Assembly (NCBI GenBank): GCA_036340075.1 | Contig: JAYYZJ010000012.1 | Location: forward strand, 96,001-160,000 | DNA from: Thermodesulfobacteriota bacterium | GTDB taxonomy: Bacteria > Desulfobacterota_D > UBA1144 | Direction of reading: 5' to 3' | DNA length: 64,000 nt | Shown: one piece after another, positions 59,936-64,000 of the stretch | How positions within the stretch are numbered: position 1 is the stretch's first letter | How the letters are laid out: the number at the start of each line of letters is the position of its first letter | Made by a program: the position numbers and the translations under genes | Notes under the pieces: model-generated | What the model was told of the DNA's origin: nothing | The model's database searches: none | What the model saw: only the letters and a program-made list of their open reading frames with translations

Positions 59936-61671
59936 TTTTCCATAGATTCTTCGTTAAGAGCTTTATTGTAAGCAATTAAAGCATCTCTCCTAGATAAAAT
60001 TCCTATTATTTTTTTTGATCCAGGTTGAGCTACAACTGGCAACATATCTCCTTTATCCCAATGTTTCAGAACTTCTAACATTGATTCCTCAGGGGTAACT
60101 GTATTAACTTTAACCGATGCTAAGTCTTTCATTATTACTACGTCTCTTAATTCATCTTCAAGCACCCATCCCCTGTAGTCTTGTACAGAAATAATCCCAG
60201 ACAAATTATCGTTTTCATCAATCAAAGGAAATGTTGTTAGTTGAGTAGTTGGTAAAAACTCTATGAACTTCCCTAGAGTCATCTTCTCCGGGATTGTTAC
60301 CACACTCCTTTTCATTATTTCGCTTACTTTCATATTGCTCAGAATGTTCGATTCTTCATTTTGAATTAATTCAATATTATCTTTTTTGAAATAACAAGAT
60401 TCAAAAGATCTTCCAACTATTAATCTATATATTGATGTACCTATCACAGAGCTAACCATAATAGGTAAAACTGCTTGATATGTTTGAGTTATTTCAAAAG
60501 TAAAGAATATAGACGTTAATGGAGCTTGAGTCATTGCGGCAAGAAAAGTACCCATTCCAACTATTGCGTATGACGTAGTCAAATCACCAGTATCAATAAG
60601 CTCGGAATACAACAAGGTCTCAACTCCGTAACCAAACATGTATCCACATATAGCACCTAAAAATATTGAAGGAGCAAAAATTCCACCAGGCCAGCCACTG
60701 CTTAATGTAATTGAGGTTGCTAATGGCTTCAATATCAATATTCCAGCAGCAATTAATAAAGTATATTCAACAGCAAAAATCTTCTTTAAAGACTCTGTGC
60801 CGTTCCCCAAAACATCAACACCAATGCCAAGTGGAGCGAAAGCGATTAATCCAAGAATAATTCCACCAGCTAATGGTCTTATCCTTTGTTCAGGGAAGAT
60901 TTTTTCAAACCTTCTTTCTATAACAAAATGAAACTTTGTGAAGAAAGAAGAAGCTAAGCCTATCGCTACACCAAGCAAAGCATAAATTAAAAGCTCTTTG
61001 TAACTTACTAATAAGAAATCAACATTGTAAAAGATATTGTCAGAGCTGTAAAAACCGGCCACAACTGTTGCTGTAGCAGCGGATATGACAACAGGCAAAA
61101 AGCTTCTTATTTTTATGTTTCTTAATAAAGTTACTTCTTCAACAAATAAAACCCCAGTAATTGGTGCATTAAAGGTTGCAGCTATTGCTCCTGCAATACC
61201 ACAGGCAATAAATATTTTTAAATCAGCTTTTTTTATTCTTATTTTTTGTCCAACAATACTTCCAATTGAGCCACCAAGTTGTGCCATGGGTCCTTCTTGA
61301 CCCACTGATCCACCAAACCCTAGAGAGATTATTTGCGAAAAAGCTTTAATTATAGTTTCTTTAATTGTTATTAAACCGCTGCCTTGCGAAACGTTATGAA
61401 TAAAAGTATGAAATTTGTACCCTAAGATGTCTTCCTTTTTTGCGAAATAAGTTAGAAAAAAAAGAATTAGTCCACCAACAATTGTTCCAAATATTACCAT
61501 TTTCTTCTCTATCAAAGGATCTAGAAAAGAAGAAGAAATTAAGTTGTATAAAGAATAAAATATGAAGTTAGAAAAACCCGCACAAATTCCAATTATGAAC
61601 CCAATCAAAATGAAATATGTATATTGATTGGTCCATAAATTAGCTACGGCATTACGTATCTTTCCACTCAT
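59932..61671 (-). CDS. CLC family anion channel/transporter with CBS pair
   Basis: GGSVGQEGP, AATFNAP, GGIFAP, APLTS motifs and C-terminal CBS domains. Confidence 0.92.
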   Translation of the reverse strand: MSGKIRNAVANLWTNQYTYFILIGFIIGICAGFSNFIFYSLYNLISSSFLDPLIEKKMVIFGTIVGGLILFFLTYFAKKEDILGYKFHTFIHNVSQGSGLITIKETIIKAFSQIISLGFGGSVGQEGPMAQLGGSIGSIVGQKIRIKKADLKIFIACGIAGAIAATFNAPITGVLFVEEVTLLRNIKIRSFLPVVISAATATVVAGFYSSDNIFYNVDFLLVSYKELLIYALLGVAIGLASSFFTKFHFVIERRFEKIFPEQRIRPLAGGIILGLIAFAPLGIGVDVLGNGTESLKKIFAVEYTLLIAAGILILKPLATSITLSSGWPGGIFAPSIFLGAICGYMFGYGVETLLYSELIDTGDLTTSYAIVGMGTFLAAMTQAPLTSIFFTFEITQTYQAVLPIMVSSVIGTSIYRLIVGRSFESCYFKKDNIELIQNEESNILSNMKVSEIMKRSVVTIPEKMTLGKFIEFLPTTQLTTFPLIDENDNLSGIISVQDYRGWVLEDELRDVVIMKDLASVKVNTVTPEESMLEVLKHWDKGDMLPVVAQPGSKKIIGILSRRDALIAYNKALNEESMEN

Positions 61672-61756
61672 TTATATCTTCATATATTATCTCTAAATAT
61701 TAAGTTTGACTATAAGATTGTTTCATGAGAAAATTTAGTCGTCTTAGGTTCTAGGA

Positions 61757-62995
61757 ATGTCATTAGGTAGCCCAGATCATTATTCTATAGCAAATTTTTT
61801 CTTAGCGCTCGCAAGTATTTTCATATTCGGAAAAATTATTAGTTCCTTTTTTGTTAGAATTAAGCAGCCAGAAGTTTTAGGCGAGCTTATTGCTGGAGTA
61901 TTGCTCGGAATCCTTGGTTTTATACCCCTCTATGGAGAATTGGGGTATGATTTTTTCCATCTTTTAGCAGAAGTGGGAGTTGCAATATTACTTTTTGAGA
62001 TTGGACTGGAAACCGATCTCGAAGAGCTACTAAAAGTGGGAGTGCCATCTTTACTAGTTGGCCTAATTGGTGTAGTTGCGCCTTTTTTCTTAGGGTATTA
62101 CTGCGTTTTTCTTTTAAATGACCTGGGTTTTCTTAGTTTTGAAACTGAAACAAGATTTTTTCTAACAGCGCTAACTATTGGAGCAACATTAACCGCGACA
62201 AGTGTTGGTATAACCGCAAGAGTATTATCTGAACTTAACAAGCTCAAGACAGTAGAAGCAAGAATTATATTAGGAGCAGCAGTAATAGATGATGTCATAG
62301 GACTAATAATATTAGCAGTTGTTAGCGCACTAATTGCCTCAGCTAGTGTAGGAGGAGGAGCCTCAATTGAAATTTCTTCAATAGGATTGATTGCTTTAAA
62401 AGCAATAGGCTTTATTTTTGTAGCCATTATTCTAGGAAATCTTTTTACAAGCAAACTTTTTATGTTTATTCATGGACTTAAAGCAAGAGGCAGCTTATTA
62501 TTGGGCGCTTTAGCTTATACGTTTATTTTTGCTTATTTGGCTCAACTCGCAGGTTTAGCTCCAATCATAGGAGCATTTGCGGCTGGCTTATTATTGGCTA
62601 AGACAAATCAAAAAACTTTAATCGAAGATAGACTTAAGCCCGTGGCAGATGTATTTATACCAATATTTTTTATAATGGTAGGTTCAGCTGTTGATGTCTC
62701 AGTGTTTAACCCCTTTATAAAGGAAAATATTGCTGTTATAATCTTAGCTTTAGTTTTACTAGTAATCGCGGTAGTTGGTAAATTAGTCAGTGGGATGGGC
62801 GCTTTCTCTTTAAAGGCAGATAAATTTGTTATTGGGATTGGAATGATACCGAGAGGGGAGGTTGGTCTGATTTTTGCTTCTATGGGACTTCTTTCAGGGG
62901 TTCTAAGTAAGAGTGAATATTCGGCCTTAACTGTTATGGTGATGCTAACAACTTTCATTGCACCTCCGCTTCTTTACCGTTTTTTTAAGGACTAA
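61757..62995 (+). CDS. Cation:proton antiporter (CPA2, NapA-like)
   Basis: QPEVLGEL, LLFEIGLE, ATSVGIT, AAVIDDV and GMIPRGEVG motifs. Confidence 0.92.
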   Translation: MSLGSPDHYSIANFFLALASIFIFGKIISSFFVRIKQPEVLGELIAGVLLGILGFIPLYGELGYDFFHLLAEVGVAILLFEIGLETDLEELLKVGVPSLLVGLIGVVAPFFLGYYCVFLLNDLGFLSFETETRFFLTALTIGATLTATSVGITARVLSELNKLKTVEARIILGAAVIDDVIGLIILAVVSALIASASVGGGASIEISSIGLIALKAIGFIFVAIILGNLFTSKLFMFIHGLKARGSLLLGALAYTFIFAYLAQLAGLAPIIGAFAAGLLLAKTNQKTLIEDRLKPVADVFIPIFFIMVGSAVDVSVFNPFIKENIAVIILALVLLVIAVVGKLVSGMGAFSLKADKFVIGIGMIPRGEVGLIFASMGLLSGVLSKSEYSALTVMVMLTTFIAPPLLYRFFKD

Positions 62996-62998
62996 TTA

Positions 62999-63517
62999 AT
63001 GAGATTGCTTTTTATAACACTATTTATATTAACCACTAGTCAGGCGTTTTCAGCCGACTCTTCTAATGTTCTTGCAGTTGATATAACATTCTTTGTTCAG
63101 TTAGGAATATTCATCTTTATTATACTCTTTCTTAACAAATTCCTTTTCCAGCCTTTGCTTAATTTGAAAGATGATAGAGATATAGAAACTTTTGTAAAAA
63201 TCGAAAGAGCAAAAAATATTGAAGAGGATTCAGATGAATTGAGCTCGGAATACAAAAATAGAATTTCAGATTTTAAGTTAGAGATGGAACAATCATCAAA
63301 TGAGAAAATTAGTGATGCAAAAAAACAAGCAGAACAAATAATCAAAGAAGCTGAAAAGGACTCTATTGAAAAGATTAAGGAAGCGAGAGAAAGTTTAAAT
63401 TCAGAGGTTGTTGATTCGATTAAAAACCTCACGATTGATGATATAAAAATAAGTAATGATGATATATCAATAAAAATAAAAGAATTATCAAAGGTTATTA
63501 AAAGTAAAATAAATTAA
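62999..63517 (+). CDS. atpF2: ATP synthase subunit b'
   Basis: DITFFVQLGIF...LNKFLFQPL...R followed by a long charged helix. Confidence 0.8.
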   Translation: MRLLFITLFILTTSQAFSADSSNVLAVDITFFVQLGIFIFIILFLNKFLFQPLLNLKDDRDIETFVKIERAKNIEEDSDELSSEYKNRISDFKLEMEQSSNEKISDAKKQAEQIIKEAEKDSIEKIKEARESLNSEVVDSIKNLTIDDIKISNDDISIKIKELSKVIKSKIN

Positions 63518-63518
63518 A

Positions 63519-64000
63519 ATGGTAGAAGATTTAAATATTGTAGGACAATTAAAGTTTGCTGCTCAACATTTGTTCAACCTTGTACTTTTTTGTGCTTTGT
63601 TGTTTTACCTGTTGAGGAAACCAATTTCATCCTTTTTTGCATCGAGAAGTGAAAAAATCAAGAACGAAATGGAAGAAGCAACAAATATTATTGATAATGC
63701 ACAGAAAGATTATGATGATAATTCAGAAAAATTAAAATTAATTGATTCAGAGATGAGCTCAATTAGAAACTCTATTGATGTTATTACCAACAAAAAGGTT
63801 GGAGAAATTATTGAGAATGCTAACTCTATAGCTACAAAGATAAGAAATGATACTTCAGATGTAATTTTACTAGAGTCAAAGAACTTAAAAAGTAATGTAG
63901 AGTTTGAAATATTGAATAAGGCAATTGAATTAGCCGAACAGGAATCAAAACAAGATATAGATGAACAAAAAGACAAGACTTTGATTTTATCTTTCTTAGA
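63519..64000 (+). CDS. atpF: ATP synthase subunit b (3'-truncated by window edge; absent from the ORF track)
   Basis: ATG 63519: MVEDLNIVGQLKFAAQHLFNLVLFCALLFYLLRKPISSFFASRSEKIKNEMEEA, open to the window end; directly follows b'. Confidence 0.82.
   Translation, partial: MVEDLNIVGQLKFAAQHLFNLVLFCALLFYLLRKPISSFFASRSEKIKNEMEEATNIIDNAQKDYDDNSEKLKLIDSEMSSIRNSIDVITNKKVGEIIENANSIATKIRNDTSDVILLESKNLKSNVEFEILNKAIELAEQESKQDIDEQKDKTLILSFL

Noticed and set aside
1..64000. CRISPR arrays, IS elements, rRNA, tandem repeats
   Set aside because: None recognised by eye; nearly all sequence is accounted for by CDS.

Overview
AT-rich (roughly 30% GC by eye), very gene-dense bacterial chromosome segment with about 60 CDS, one tRNA-Gln(UUG), and no rRNA, CRISPR array, transposase or integrase that I can recognise. 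Most genes are housekeeping: gluconeogenesis (pgk, fbaB, fbp), propionyl-CoA carboxylase and methylmalonyl-CoA mutase, queC/E/F, thyX, cca, a split ATP synthase operon, hemL, ispD/E/F, gltX, coaBC/coaE, his/arg/pur/pyr/ilv genes, nrdAB, sodA and transporters. Gene order (hemL-atpZ-atpI-atpB-atpE, separate atpF'-atpF, PIN/TRAM-ispD-ispF) plus streamlining suggests a Desulfobacterota-related organism such as marine Ca. Dadabacteria; this is inference. The most interesting signals are: (1) an intact sirtuin that has lost its catalytic motifs and an intact acyl-CoA-ligase-like protein that has lost its catalytic motifs, flanking a virus-type thyX; (2) a structured nrdA leader RNA (18-bp stem with four G-U pairs, C-rich loop, mutually exclusive anti-Shine-Dalgarno helix) behind tandem NrdR boxes, upstream of a class Ic (Mn/Fe) ribonucleotide reductase; (3) a QueC with all four Zn-binding cysteines replaced; (4) a recurrent leaderless-promoter layout; (5) a hydrolase that appears to start at ATC. 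All family assignments come from motif recognition, not database searches.
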